Below are positions 1 through 12,108 of a stretch of DNA of 64,000 nucleotides, one piece after another. Location of the stretch: NCBI GenBank assembly GCA_965153455.1, contig OZ234494.1:620001-684000 (forward strand), written 5' to 3'. The stretch comes from Sphagnum compactum. Its lineage: Eukaryota. The position numbers and the translations under genes are program-made. A model generated the notes under the pieces. That model worked only from the letters and a program-made list of their open reading frames with translations, made no database searches and was not told where the DNA came from. How positions within the stretch are numbered: position 1 is the first letter of the stretch; each line of letters opens with the position of its first letter.

Positions 1-260
1 TTTCTTTAATCCCTCAAAACTGATTGCCTGATTGTTCATATGAAGTTTGTGCTATGCCTCCAAGTCTATTGTGCAGTTTGGGCCAGCTGTGTTTAAGGTG
101 AAGAAGGCTTGATCTATCTCCTTCAGTTTTCTCCACTTATACAGTGTGCAGTCTACATGAACTCAGTTTGGCAAGTTATCATGGTACAGGAAGTGATTAT
201 TGTTTGGGAACTTTTGAAAAATAATTATGCAAAACCTGATTGCTGGTGGGCATGAGTCAG

Positions 261-1803
261 TGGAGTCAAGAATGTTGTGCGCCTGTTCATCAAAAGGCAA
301 CAAACTAACACCAAGGAATGGGAGCAAGTGGAAATACCATCTAAGTAAGAGATCACCTATCAAATCTTGTCCCAAATAACTTTCCAATCATTTTCATTGT
401 AGCTTTAATGAAATTCTGTTACACTGCATCTATGATTCATTCCTGAGATCCTTTGCAGTGTGATGTTGATAACTTTATACTAAAAGGATTTTGTGTTTGG
501 GATGGATGGAGCATACGAGCAATTGTGATACTGAATGTGCAGAGCTATGCTGGAGGCAAAAACCTATGGGGTTGGCCTGGATTTGCAACTTTAGCAAAGG
601 TGGTACAATGCTGGATAAATCAGACTGCCTTATTTGGTGTGTTATGTCAAATTTGGATGCATTTCATCTGTGATTGTCATTACATATCACTCTATGCCTT
701 CACTCTTGTTCTCGTTTTCTTAATGAGCTCATCTCCCTGAAACCTTCTTCATATAGGCCAAGACTCACCCATCATCTGTCCACTGGACCTTGCTTTGGAC
801 AATTAAGAAAAGCTTTTGTGTGGTTGGTGGTGGGTTTATCCTCTGCCCACCCTTCATGTTGTCTTATCAGTGCATTTTTTGTGCTTTGGGATGATAGAGA
901 GGATTTACAGAAGCAAAGCCTGATGATGGGCTTCTTGAGATTATTGGATTGCGTGATGGCTGGCATGCAGCATTTATTATGATCAGCGTCCTCACAGCTA
1001 TTAGAATGTGCCAGGTACTTGCATGCCAGAGCAACTCAGATGCAAGCCTGACCATGTGCAGGTTGACAATCTTAGTGATATCTCCCTTGCATTCGTCAAC
1101 TAGATGTGGGGTTATGGATTAATTCGGGTCCGTAGGTGAGCAAGTATTCTGTCATTGCTCTTTGAAATGTGGCATTGCAGGCATGTCTTGTCATCTTCAC
1201 ATTCTATGATCCAAAAGCAGATGTTTCATTTCTGAGATTGGCTGAAGCTTAGATTCATAGTTGAGACAACGTGGAACACAAAATACATTTATAACTCACT
1301 CTGCCTTGTGGGTCATTAGGACAGGGATTGAGGTTGTGTATGATGTGTTTATCCCATGCAATAGTCAGAAATTACTTGCATTCTTGGAATTCACGTGTCT
1401 TTAGGTCATGTTAGTTACTTTTCTGCTTTTGAGTATAATAGTGGATGCACTGGCCATTTGAAGTGATGTACTGCTAGAGTTCTATGCAATACTGTTTCAA
1501 ATCTCAACTAGACATTTGAACCTAGTTGGTATGAAGATGATTTCTCCTCCAATGTGACAGTGGTGCCTATCACTGTTCCACTTTCTCTTGGAAACAACAT
1601 TCTTTATATCTCCGGATGTCTAAGAGCAGGCAGAAGCAGTACGACTGGAGCTGAGTGGAGATCGGTCAATGGGCTACTTACAGATGGATGGAGAGCCCTG
1701 GCAACAACCCTTGTGTCAATCAGACCAGCCTGCTACAATTCTGCAGATTGAGCAAAATCTAGCTCCATTCATTATGTTGCGTGCACACAGAAAATACAAG
1801 TGA
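261..1803 (+). CDS. DGK: Diacylglycerol kinase, DGK3/4/7-like; last four exons (accessory domain), 5' part outside window
   Basis: Manually spliced exons 261-344, 512-599, 898-1014, 1630-1803 with consistent phases. They give ...GVKNVVRLFIKRQQTNTKEWEQVEIPSNIRAIVILNVQSYAGGKNLWGWPGFATLAK/RGFTEAKPDDGLLEIIGLRDGWHAAFIMISVLTAIRMCQ/AEAVRLELSGDRSMGYLQMDGEPWQQP...YK*. The SYAGG, DDGLLE and MDGEPW motifs are hallmarks of the DAGK accessory domain. Confidence 0.92.
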
Positions 1804-2064
1804 GTACATACACCAAGCAAATGCACTATGTATTTGCATTCTGTTGCTTGTTTTTGCTCAAGTTTTGTTTACAGTCACAAGCTCAAAAGCACTACTGACA
1901 TGTCTTGTGAGATTTCAAATATACACAGAATAACTGACAATTTATTGGGCAATTTGTTGGCCATCCAAGATGACCAAGTCCCAAAGAAATGGGACCCTTT
2001 GTAAAATTAATGAGACACAGGAAAAAGAACCCATGGCCGGAGTTGTGATTGCAATGTTCACTAC

Positions 2065-2240
2065 AGTCTTAAGAGTGATAGAAAGGAGGTTCTTAATTTG
2101 AGTGTCTGTTGGGTACCCAGACCATCCCATACACTCTTAGAGTGGTAAGCAGGGAGGTCCTTAATTTGAGTGTGTGTGTTGGGCTACCCATAACATCCAC
2201 TACATTCTTAGTGATTAGAAGGGAGTTTCTTAATTTAAGT
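2065..2240. repeat. Short tandem duplication, ~68 bp unit, ~2.5 copies
   Basis: cttaagagtgatagaaaggaggttcttaatttgagtgt...acccagaccatcc recurs at ~2068, ~2136 and ~2207. Confidence 0.75.
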
Positions 2241-2967
2241 GAAACTGATAAACACCCTTTTCAGAGTATGCAATTCACAAGTTAAAACTGTAGCTTGGCA
2301 CAAGGGGAGGACCTTTCATTGAGGTGACTAGTTGATTGGAAAGAAGAACATTGTGCAGTTGACGCATGTTCAGTTTCCAAACTGCTGCAGACTTCAAACA
2401 AAGAAAACTTGAGGCTTAGAAATAGGTGCTGTCAAATAGGTCCAGAGCAGTGTTGAAGAATGAAGGGCATTCCAAAAATCATTTTCTGGTATAAACTAGT
2501 CTAATTTTCTTGTCCTTTTACCAGGCTGCTTTTTTATTATGTCCCTTCTTCAAAATGAAAAGTTCTCCAGTGCTTGGTAGTTTGTCAAACCAAAATGACA
2601 TAAAAAATTAGGGGTTTGAGTGTTTCTTGAGCATTTGAACTTTCAGGTGCACTAAAGAGAATGAGCAAAAAAGGCTCTACTGTTGTTTTTCAAAATTTTG
2701 GGTCCCCTTCTTTCTTTCAGGAAAAAGAAGTCATACAATTTTCTGCCACACCAATTGTAGAAAAGGGTTTGTAGAAAAGTTTACACGTCTTTGGAAGAAG
2801 GCCCAAAATTTTTGGGCATCTTTCTTCTTTTTAGCTAATCATTCAGAGGGAATTGATTGTAAAGGGTGTGAAAGGTCAACTAGAGTAAGACTTCAGTATC
2901 TGAAACTGCTTGAGAGCTCAGAGAGATATGCATGTTCAAGTTTATTAGTGTAAAGCATTAAACTCAA

Positions 2968-3462
2968 GAAGATTTCCTTAAAACACGGATCAGAAACAGC
3001 TTGCTGTTTGGACACTCTGAAGGATTTCCTTATACTACTGTGCATAGAGAGCTTGACTTTTGATAGATACTAGAAGACTTCCTTCAACACACAGATCAGA
3101 ACAGCTTGACTTTCAATAGATACTAGTCCATAGACTTCCTTCAACACAGATCAGAAACAGCTTGACTTTCAATAGATACTAGTCCATAGACTTCCTTCAA
3201 CACAGATCAGAAACAGCTTGACTTTCAATAGATACTAGTCCATAGACTTCCTTCAACACAGATCAGAAACAGCTTGACTGTGAACATTACTAGACAACTA
3301 CATACTAGAAGACTTCCTTCAACACAGATCAGAACAGCTTGACTTTCAATAGATACTAGTAGACTTCCTTCAACACGGATCAGAAACAGCTTGACTATGG
3401 ATAGTACCAAGTAGATTTCCTTCAACATGGATCAGAAAGAGCTTGACTTTGGATGATACTAG
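2968..3462. repeat. Minisatellite, ~56 bp unit, ~8-9 copies, between the convergent DGK and GRAS 3' ends
   Basis: agacttccttcaacacagatcagaaacagcttgactttcaatagatactagtccat repeated head-to-tail (near-identical copies at ~3132, 3188, 3244), diverging toward the edges. Confidence 0.93.
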
Positions 3463-4468
3463 TTGTGGCCGTGATGGACAGAATATCTTCCCATAGACTA
3501 GAGGAGTTTTTTAATGTTGGAACAGACCCCGCCAAAAAAAGGAAAAAAAAAAAAAACATTTAATCCCTCTCTTGACAATTAGAATAATTAAAAAATACCT
3601 GCATATACCGAAAATTCAAGAGGAAAACTCACAACAACAGAAAGTTAGAAGTTTGGTAATATGCCAACTAAAAGAAGGAAGGCTGTAACTAGATAGGCAA
3701 ATGGGAAATTTTGTTACCATGCTCCTCCCTGCTGTTCATGATTTCGTAACAAATGAATAAACCAGGACAAATATTATCAGCAATAATGTGTTAGTTCCCA
3801 AGATTAAACTTTCAAACAGTGTCTTTCTATCCAAACAAATCTTCAAAACTAAGCACATCTGCAAATCAACTCAAGACTTTTTTTTAAAAGCACCACCAAA
3901 CCTCGCATAGCTGAAAACATTGGATTTCAAAAAACAAAAGTGAAAAAGGTTGACAAAAAGAAAGAAGGAAACTACTAGGTACATTGAAGAAAACCATAGA
4001 AATTCTTTTTAAAAAGCATCACTTACCCAAAACAAGCAAAATTATCTACAAACCCATCATCTGTATGCCCCCACTGCCCACAAGAAGACAATCCTCACAA
4101 AAAGGGCATTTTTACGTGTGTGTTAGATCAAGCAAACACGCACATTGGTCCTTTTTCAGGTGTCAAAAGCATCTGAAGCTCCAACTGTTGAGCTCCTATT
4201 AGGAATCGGAAAACACATGCATTGTGATCAGAAGTTCAAGAAGGAAAAACTAAAACTAAAACTAAAACCAAAACAAAGGGGGGAGGGGGGAGGGCACAAT
4301 CAATACTGGAGTTTTACACTGTACAAAAGACAGCTGTGTCTATGCATGCTGCTTCAACAGAAGTTAAATCGTCAAGTTCATGTTATGGTACAATGAGAAG
4401 CTGGAAGGAAATAAGGGAAACACACACAGGCACAAAGCAAAAAGCACAAAATGGCCCGCCCTTTTGTG

Positions 4469-7400
4469 TCAAGGGCTAAGGGGTATAGGTTGCCATGCAG
4501 AAAATGCATGGACTATTTTCTCTTTCCAGCCTGCCAGTAACCAGCTGCCGTCTTCACCAATGCCATAATCCCTGTGATACATGGTCATCAAATTCCCGCA
4601 TTTCTCTCTAGCCTTATCCAATATTGGCATCTGTGTGAACCCTGCTCGTAGTGTCCGTGCCTGCCACTGCTTGTAAGGCTCGGCACGCTCCACCCTCTCC
4701 AGACCTTCACAAGCAACTATGTTGAGGATCTCACGGCCGAAGATCTCTTGCTCTACTATGACCCTGTCAGGATGCTCAGCTGGCATTGAAGCTTCTAGCG
4801 CATCAAACAAGGTTGAGAAGTGACTCACAGCCTCACGAAAGCGGGATGTGAAAAAGGGTGCATTGTAGCCTGCATTCACCACTCCTTGCACAAAGACCTG
4901 CAGCAAGCAAAACCATAAGGCCAAGCAGGATATGCATGTAAGAAATAACTTCTAAGCAACACCAATTATCAAATTTTTATCACTCATTAGCTTGATTCAT
5001 GCAGCCCTTCTTATGAAATAGATGCCTTACAGCATTTGCATCAACACATGCATACCACCACACAAATAGAAAACACAATGTGTCACTCCAAAAAGAATTG
5101 AAATACTTCAGAGTTAGTTATTCAAATAGACGCACACTGGCATGGTTATGGCAATTGATAACCTCAAAATACATGAGCAACAGGCCCTCCAAGTAGTCTT
5201 GGATGACATGATACAAAAATGAAATCACAAGAATCCACCAGTACCTTGGGGTTCATGCTTTGAATCCTCTTCAAAACCAGATTGCGAGGGCTTGCTGCCA
5301 TAATTGATTCATCCATCAAATGGCGAAGCCTGAAAATGCAGTTAACTGCTAATACTTCATCATTCCGCAAGAAAAGGTGTGCAGGCGTGATTGCCTCCCA
5401 TTTCTCAGCAATGGCATGGAACTCAAAGGGCACACCACAGTCCTCAGCCACCTGAGCAAGCCTGCGACCAGTCTCTTGAATTCTTTCTGAGGGTCTGAAT
5501 CCCGCTTGTGGCCGATCAATCCCTGAAACAAAATATGCCAATGGAGGTCAGGAATAACACAGTTATGACCTTCAACTTCACTATATCACAACCTTGGAGG
5601 AATGCAAAATATGGAGAATACACAGTTGCTACACATATCAATTCAACATTTTCCTCATCTTTCCTTGCTAGAACTATTATCACTGTGAAAGCCACAGATA
5701 GACTGAGGGCCCACATGAATGCAGAAATACAAAAGAGCATTTAGTAGACCTGGGGAAAGACTTGATGCAGTACAGACAAAAAAAATAAAATAATACCTGT
5801 TATGCGAAGGTGCGGTGGCCCTCCAGGAAGATTAGAAAGATAATACATGAAACATGGCCATTGGACACCATAGAGGATACCATAGTCAACTATATGGACC
5901 CGTTTTGCATCACCAATTTCATTTATAATTGTCATATTGGAGAAGTAATGAGACAACCGCACAAAGGGGCAAGTTTCAGCAAAAAGGCGAAACGCTTTCA
6001 ACATTTCCAGTGCTGACGGACGGTTGTTGTTCAGAGCTGTGTAGAGTTGTCCACCAGTTCCTGACATTCTTGCAACCTGTCATCCACTTATCACACACAA
6101 TCTCAAAAACTCTTGCACAACATTTCCACCTGAGAAATCAGACCCTCACCTTTCACATCACATATGAAGAATAACAACAAAATGGCAAACATCTACCACT
6201 ACCTTCAAGTCATGAGCCAAAAACATAGTTGAGAATGAAGAACTGAAAGAAATGAAAAAGACACATAAGTTTGGATAAGTAGCACTAGAAAAAACAGTCA
6301 AATTATCATCAACCCATTCATCTCCACTTCTATAGTTTGTCCTATTTTCAATGTATCTCATTCCATCACATACTATCCTCTCCCACAGCTACTCCAGTTA
6401 CAGACTGATGAGGGTTGGTGACTAAACGAACCAGAGCTTCCATGAAATAGTGAGCCATGCGCTGTGGCCCATTTCCATAGGCTGATGAATGCTGACGAAG
6501 CTCTGCAATCTGCTCACTAGCATGTGAGAAGTCATTTTGTTCAACAGCCTGTGCACACCTGAAAGTAAAAAATAATAGACATGACTAGATTAGCAGAGAC
6601 ACAAACCTTTGAATTCACATTACAGAAGGCAGACTGTAGACACTGACAACATCACCAGCAGTCACATGAAAGGAGGATTACCGGTTACCATGCATCATGA
6701 TCAGCTGCAGTGTTATTTATGCACAAGACAACTCTCAGGGAGATTCAGCTCAATAGAGAACCTAAATACAGAAATCACCCTCTATTGCAACACAGGTACC
6801 CTTGCCATGTACCAAGCAACTAGATCAACAATATTAATCTGGACCAATGAATCTTGGTTCTTCTTTATACTCCTGCTACCAGATAACATCACTCCTGTGT
6901 GGACCAACTCATCTACAACAAGACATATATATCTGTATTCACAAGCTGCCAGTCTCTGAACAGGTGATCTTCAGTCACCCTTCATTCTACATGAAACACA
7001 GTGAAGGTATGCAATGGAGAAACATCAAGCTGATGAATGTTCTCATCAATGTCTAGTATATACACACAGGTTATTTCAGATTCTTTTGCCAGACAGCAAC
7101 CCTAGTGCTTTCCTTCAAATAGAAGAAGGATGCTCCTTGCTCAAGAAGACCTCCGAGACACCCAGCAGCAAAGAAAATGCTATAATAGACAAAATCATTT
7201 CACAGAAGGTGGCAGTCTAGCACCTGCAAACACATGAATTCCAGAAACCAAGATCTTCCCCTTTATGTCTAGGGTAAGGATGAAGTGGGGTTCCTGAAGC
7301 AGGAAGACAGACTGACAGCCCTTTACCTGAGAAGAAGATAGTTCAGATCAACTGGAGGTATGTGATGCCCATTGCTAATCTGCTGAGAGACGGTTGGCTT

Positions 7401-8516
7401 TGAAACATAGCCATTCCCACCATTGGCCATGTTAGAGTGGTGAAGGGCATCATCATCCAAGCTTGAGGGACAAACAGAATCCAAGTCAGGACCTATGCTT
7501 TGAACTCCGGCAGCCTCAGGGAGCATCTCTACTTCATTTGCCCATGACCCACCATTTCCGACAGCAAAGTTTTGAAATAAATCACAACCTTTGTCACTTG
7601 TGAAGCTTTCATAGCTATGTTCCAGCCCATCTGGGAGTACCTCATCGGGCAAGGGACTATCTGTGATTTCATCGAACCATCTGTCTAGATCCTCCTTGTC
7701 AGAGGATTTGGTGTCAGACTGAAGAGGGGATTCATCCCCTATCAAGTCCCCCAGCTCTTTGGCCATAGCCTGGTAAGCACTACACTCCACAAACATACAC
7801 TTATTATGCTCTGGTTCCTCATCCAGAAGGCTGTTCAGGTACTTGTAGAAAGGAATATTTCTTCCTTCACCCCCAACTGCAGCATCCACGGTGTCAAGAT
7901 CTTGCAAGTCGATGGGACTTCCAACCTCTCCTTCACTAGGAGTACTTCCTGTAGTATAATCAGGAGAGTAAGCACCTGCAAGAGATGCAAGACTACTATG
8001 GCCAGACATGCTGAGAACAGGTGCTGCTGCTGCTGCCAAATTCTCGAAGGAACTGGAGCTCTGAAGCATAGCAGGACTGGCAGAGAGTGATCGATGCTGA
8101 AGGGAAGGAGAAGATGTTGTTTTCTTCTTAGCAGCACCGCTCACCATGCCATCCAAAAGAGACGGACATGAATTCCAAGAGTCATACGCTAGGAGGGACA
8201 GCGACCTGGGCTTTGGGCCTTCACCCTCTTGGAAGACGGAGAAGATCATCGGCTTCTTCTCTTGAGGTAGCGCGGCGAGCTCCGGAAAGATGGAAGAGAG
8301 CGACTTGAAAGCAGACTGCTCCTCCAAGGGGACTGGGGGAGAGTGCGGAGACTGAACCTCTGGGCTGGTCTTCCCCTGGCTAGGAGCGGAGATCAAAGAG
8401 CGCTTCTGCGTCTTTGGCATCTGTGTTTGTAGCCATGCCTGCTGCAGCTGCGCCGCAAGAGGAGACACTTCTCCTCCTCCACTTCCTCCTGATCTACCAT
8501 GCTTGCTTCCTGCCAT
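4469..8516 (-). CDS. GRAS (SCARECROW-like) transcription factor, LISCL/SCL14-type, ~767 aa, 5 exons
   Basis: Exons 8516-7327, 6558-6432, 6076-5797, 5522-5245, 4897-4469. All introns are GT-AG with consistent phases, total 2304 nt. Motifs: LLLRCAQAV (LHRI), GNGPQRMAHYF, VHIVDYGILYGVQWP (VHIID), LRITGIDRPQAGFRPSERIQETGRRL, APFFTSRFREA, RVERAEPYKQWQ, and terminal SAW. N-terminal DEEPEHNKCMFVECSAYQAMAKELGDLIG resembles the LISCL acidic motif. Confidence 0.95.
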
Positions 8517-8676
8517 ACTTAGATTTCTTTTCTCTCGTCCTATTCTGTACCCTCCTCCTATGCTGTGTTCTCTCTTGCCGCACAACTAGTCCTATTTCTG
8601 CTGCCCCTTTCTTTCTCTGCTCCGTGATGCATACTACCAGAAGCTCGTACACCAAATCCCTTGCTGCTGCCGCTAC

Positions 8677-8931
8677 TCTCTCTCTCTCTCTCAGTGCTTC
8701 TCTATCTCTGTCTCTGTCTCTATCTCTCTCTCAGCGTGCTTCTCTCTCTCTCTTTCTGAGATCTCCGTAAAACCTGGCACCTGGCTGAAGGACAGTTCAA
8801 AACCCTGGCTTTCGCTTTTCTGTTTAGAAGCTTAAATTCTCATTTCAAAAGATCTCCAACCCGGATTCCCTCACGAACAATCGAGAAGATCGTACAGCAA
8901 ATTCTTTGCTGCTGCTGCTGCTGCTGCTGCT

Positions 8932-8982
<51 letters not shown>
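8677..8982. repeat. Microsatellites upstream of the GRAS ATG: (CT)n tracts at ~8677-8752, (GCT)n at ~8907-8933, (CT)25 at 8933-8982
   Basis: Directly visible simple repeats; they read GA-rich on the GRAS sense strand, typical of plant 5' UTRs. Confidence 0.9.
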
Positions 8983-8986
<4 letters not shown>

Positions 8987-9019
8987 CACATAAAACACGA
9001 AAACAGTCTTTAGACAATA

Positions 9020-9400
9020 CCAGAGAACCGGCGTAAATTCTGCTTCTTCCTCCAAAACCGAGTTGAGAACTTACTGCTGAATTTCTTCTTCCGTTCACGT
9101 GCGAGAGTAACAGGCGAAGGCGATCACGAACGGCACCGAAAGCAAGAAATTCGGAAGTGCTCTTCTTCCTTACCCCTATTACTCCCACGACCTTTAGCTA
9201 CACCACAAAGATCTGGTCAGGGATCGATTTTTTAATCTCCAGATTTTTCTCTGCAACAGCGGCCATCGTACGCACGTTCAACTTTCAGCGCACAGACGGA
9301 TCGACGCGACGTCCGGGACCCGCAATGCCCATCTGCGAAGGCGGCTGCAGCAACAAGCGTGAGCCGAGAATCCTCGTCATCGTGCGCGAAGCGCTCGCAC
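9020..9400 (-). promoter_or_regulatory. CpG-rich putative promoter/TSS region of the GRAS gene
   Basis: High CpG density (e.g. cgatcacgaacggcaccg, gacgcgacgtccggg, cgtgcgcgaagcgctcgc) against CpG-depleted flanks, just upstream of the GA-rich leader. Confidence 0.55.
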
Positions 9401-9402
9401 CA

Positions 9403-9765
9403 CGATGCTAGTTTTTTATCCACCGGAGAAAGTGCTTTTTAACCAATGGATTATTTCTTTCATACCCAGTCGAAAAATCATGGTTGTTTTTTATCCACAG
9501 GAGAAAGGGCTTTTTTACCCAATGGATTATTTCCTTCATACCTCGTCGAGACGATGGTTGTTTTTATCCACCCGGAGAAAGTGCTTTTTACCAATGGATT
9601 ACTTCCTTCATTACCTCCTGGAAACGATGGTTGTTTTTATCCACCGGAGAAAAGGGCTTTTTACCACTGGATTTCCTTCCTTCATTACCTCGTCGAAAGG
9701 ATGGTTGTTTTTATCCACCGGAGAAAAGGGCTTTTTACCGATAGTTTTTTCCTTCATACCTCAGC
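9403..9765. repeat. Minisatellite, ~74 bp unit, 5 copies
   Basis: cgatggttgtttttatccaccggagaaaagggcttttttaccaatggattatttccttcatacctcgtcga recurs at ~9403, 9479, 9553, 9626, 9699. Confidence 0.92.
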
Positions 9766-10254
9766 TAATCCCGAGGTCAACGGAAGAATCCGACCTGAAA
9801 ACCCGGAGTCTTCCGCCAATAGCGTAGCGGCACCGTAATTAGTTAAACTAAAATTGCTTAACTAGAGAATTACTGCTACTTAGGTCACTAATTAAAATTA
9901 TTGTTGATTTTTAGTTCAACAAATTAGTGGGGATTTTGGGACCAAAAAAAAAAAACTGGTTTTTTTTTCTCACTAATTTCTTCACTAATTATTTTTGCTA
10001 CCGTCTTTTTTTCTTTACTAAAAGTGTCAGGACCAGTGAGGCGTGGGGTATTTTATTTTATTTAAAAAATAATAATAATGGTCGGGTTCGATTTCCACCC
10101 CAAAAAAAAAAATAAAAAAATCCTCATAATCACTTGGGTCCGGTTATTTGAAAATTTTCAATTTTTAAGAATCACTCAAATCCAGCTTAATAAGACGGAT
10201 ATGAGGCGGGGGGCAACAGGTTTGGAGATTATTGCAACTAGGGTATGTGCCATG

Positions 10255-10420
10255 GTTATTTGGCAAAACCTCTTTAACATATATCACCCATAATTTAAGG
10301 TTCTTAAGGTTAGTTGGCACAACCTCTTTAAACCCATAATTTAAGGTTCTTTAGGTCATTTGGCACAACCTCTTTAACATATATCACCCATAATTTAAGG
10401 TTCTTTAGGTCATTTGGCAC
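10255..10420. repeat. Tandem repeat, ~45-55 bp unit, 3 copies
   Basis: atttggcacaacctctttaacatatatcacccataatttaaggttctttaggtc repeated. Confidence 0.85.
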
Positions 10421-11895
10421 TATGCCGAGCAAAAGTATCAACGTTTTTAAAAAAAAGTTAAACTGGTTATCAAAATGTTGGTTTTTGGAAATTTTGAAAA
10501 CAACCAATTATCAATCCTTTGCCAATTCTCACAAACCGGGTATTATTATTTCTAATTAAATATATTGTTTCAAAATTAAATTAAGATTAAATAATCATTG
10601 ATTTGATTTCTCTTTTTAACAATGAAAAAAAAATATAAGCAATGTTATAAAAACAATTTTTAAAATAACCAACAATTTATTTATTGAACTTTTACGCTTC
10701 AACAATTTCATCCCTTTCAAATTCCCCTTCAAACTCTTTTAAGTCCTCTTCTCAATCTATATCCCTTTTAAGGAATTCTACTAAATTAAGTGCAGGTTTA
10801 CATCCTATTCTAAGATCATTAAGCAAATTTTTGTTAATAAAAATTAACTCTCTTTAAATTTTCTATTTGTCAACGACATTTCTTAAGGTTAGTAAGAATT
10901 CCAACCAAAAAAATATCCTTTGTGTTTTTATTTGGGATCCAACGATCCCCAAAATCTATCAAATTAAAAGTTCAATTGTAGGAAAAATTGCTTCATGTTT
11001 CTACCACCATTATGAAACTATTTTGTTAAGGTTGAATAAAAATATAGATCTAAAGTAACAACAAAACATTTCATATAAAATTGTTGTTTTTATATTGAAT
11101 TTTTTTTAATTTAATAATTAAAAAAATTATTCTTCACTAATGTGCATTAATTTTCAAACTCCAATTTGTTTCATTAGGTTTTTTATATATTTATAAAACA
11201 CAAGTAATTACGAAATCTATTTTTCATATTGTGAACTTTTGTTTCAAGTATGTGAAACATGTTCTAAATAATTATAAAGTAGAACTTTTAGAAATGTGCA
11301 ATGATCTTCTAATTCTAACTTAGGCATATATATTTCATTGAACATTTTGTAAGAATTATGTTTGTGAATACAAATGGCTACTAATTTGTATTATTTTGAA
11401 AATGACCGCAATCAAATTGTAACTAAGGGTTATTTTATGTCCCTACCCATCTCCCTCTTATCAACAAACATGTCACCATGGCAACAACAACAATAAAAAC
11501 CAATTTTAATGTTTGTAAATTCATAAGCATCCCAATTAGTTGTTAAGAATGTTTTTAATTACTAATAAAAACCTATGAATTTTGAACATTATCATTTGCC
11601 ATGAAGGTCATGAACATGTTTTCTTAACTTTATTGCAAATGGACATGTTGATTAACCAACTTTGGTAGGAAGATATTGACTTTTGAAATTTAATTGTTAA
11701 ATGGTTGATAGACCTAATGCATGTGGATTGTTAGTCATTATTTCAATTGGACCCAATTTTAGTAAACACTTCATTGAATTAGTGAAGAAAAGATGCAACA
11801 TTTGAACAATTTTCAACATACTTGAAATGGAATGCTATGGGGGTGGAAGATCAAAACACACAAGGTCAATCATTCAAAATCGTGGATTTTACTTA

Positions 11896-12108
11896 AGGTG
11901 CATTCACACTTGATGATAGGGACTATAGTCTTGAGTTCCCTAACATCATGCTACTCATTTAAGACTTAAAACCTACTTAACATGAAAATTATATGTTAAG
12001 CTAACATTCACTTAACATTGAACTACCACCTATTTAAATGGCGTGCCACCTAGGATGCCACCTAGATTTTCATTTAACCTTGACTTAACATCAAATGTGA
12101 ATGCACCA
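11896..12108. mobile_element. Tourist-like MITE (~210 bp)
   Basis: Terminal inverted repeats ggtgcattcacacttgatg / catcaaatgtgaatgcacc (1 mismatch in 19), flanked by tta on both sides. Confidence 0.75.

Noticed and set aside
2968-3462. CRISPR-like appearance of regularly spaced repeats (also at 9403-9765 and 22945-23225)
   Set aside because: Units are head-to-tail with no unique spacers, there are no cas genes, and the context is eukaryotic
8517-8585. N-terminal extension of GRAS ORF 7323..8585
   Set aside because: It starts at TTG; the first in-frame ATG is at 8516
9405-9838. Three overlapping ORFs of 86-140 aa
   Set aside because: Translations of the 74-bp minisatellite
9781-9845. Hairpin considered as a Helitron 3' end
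   Set aside because: No CTRR terminus at the expected spacing on either strand and no Rep/helicase remnants
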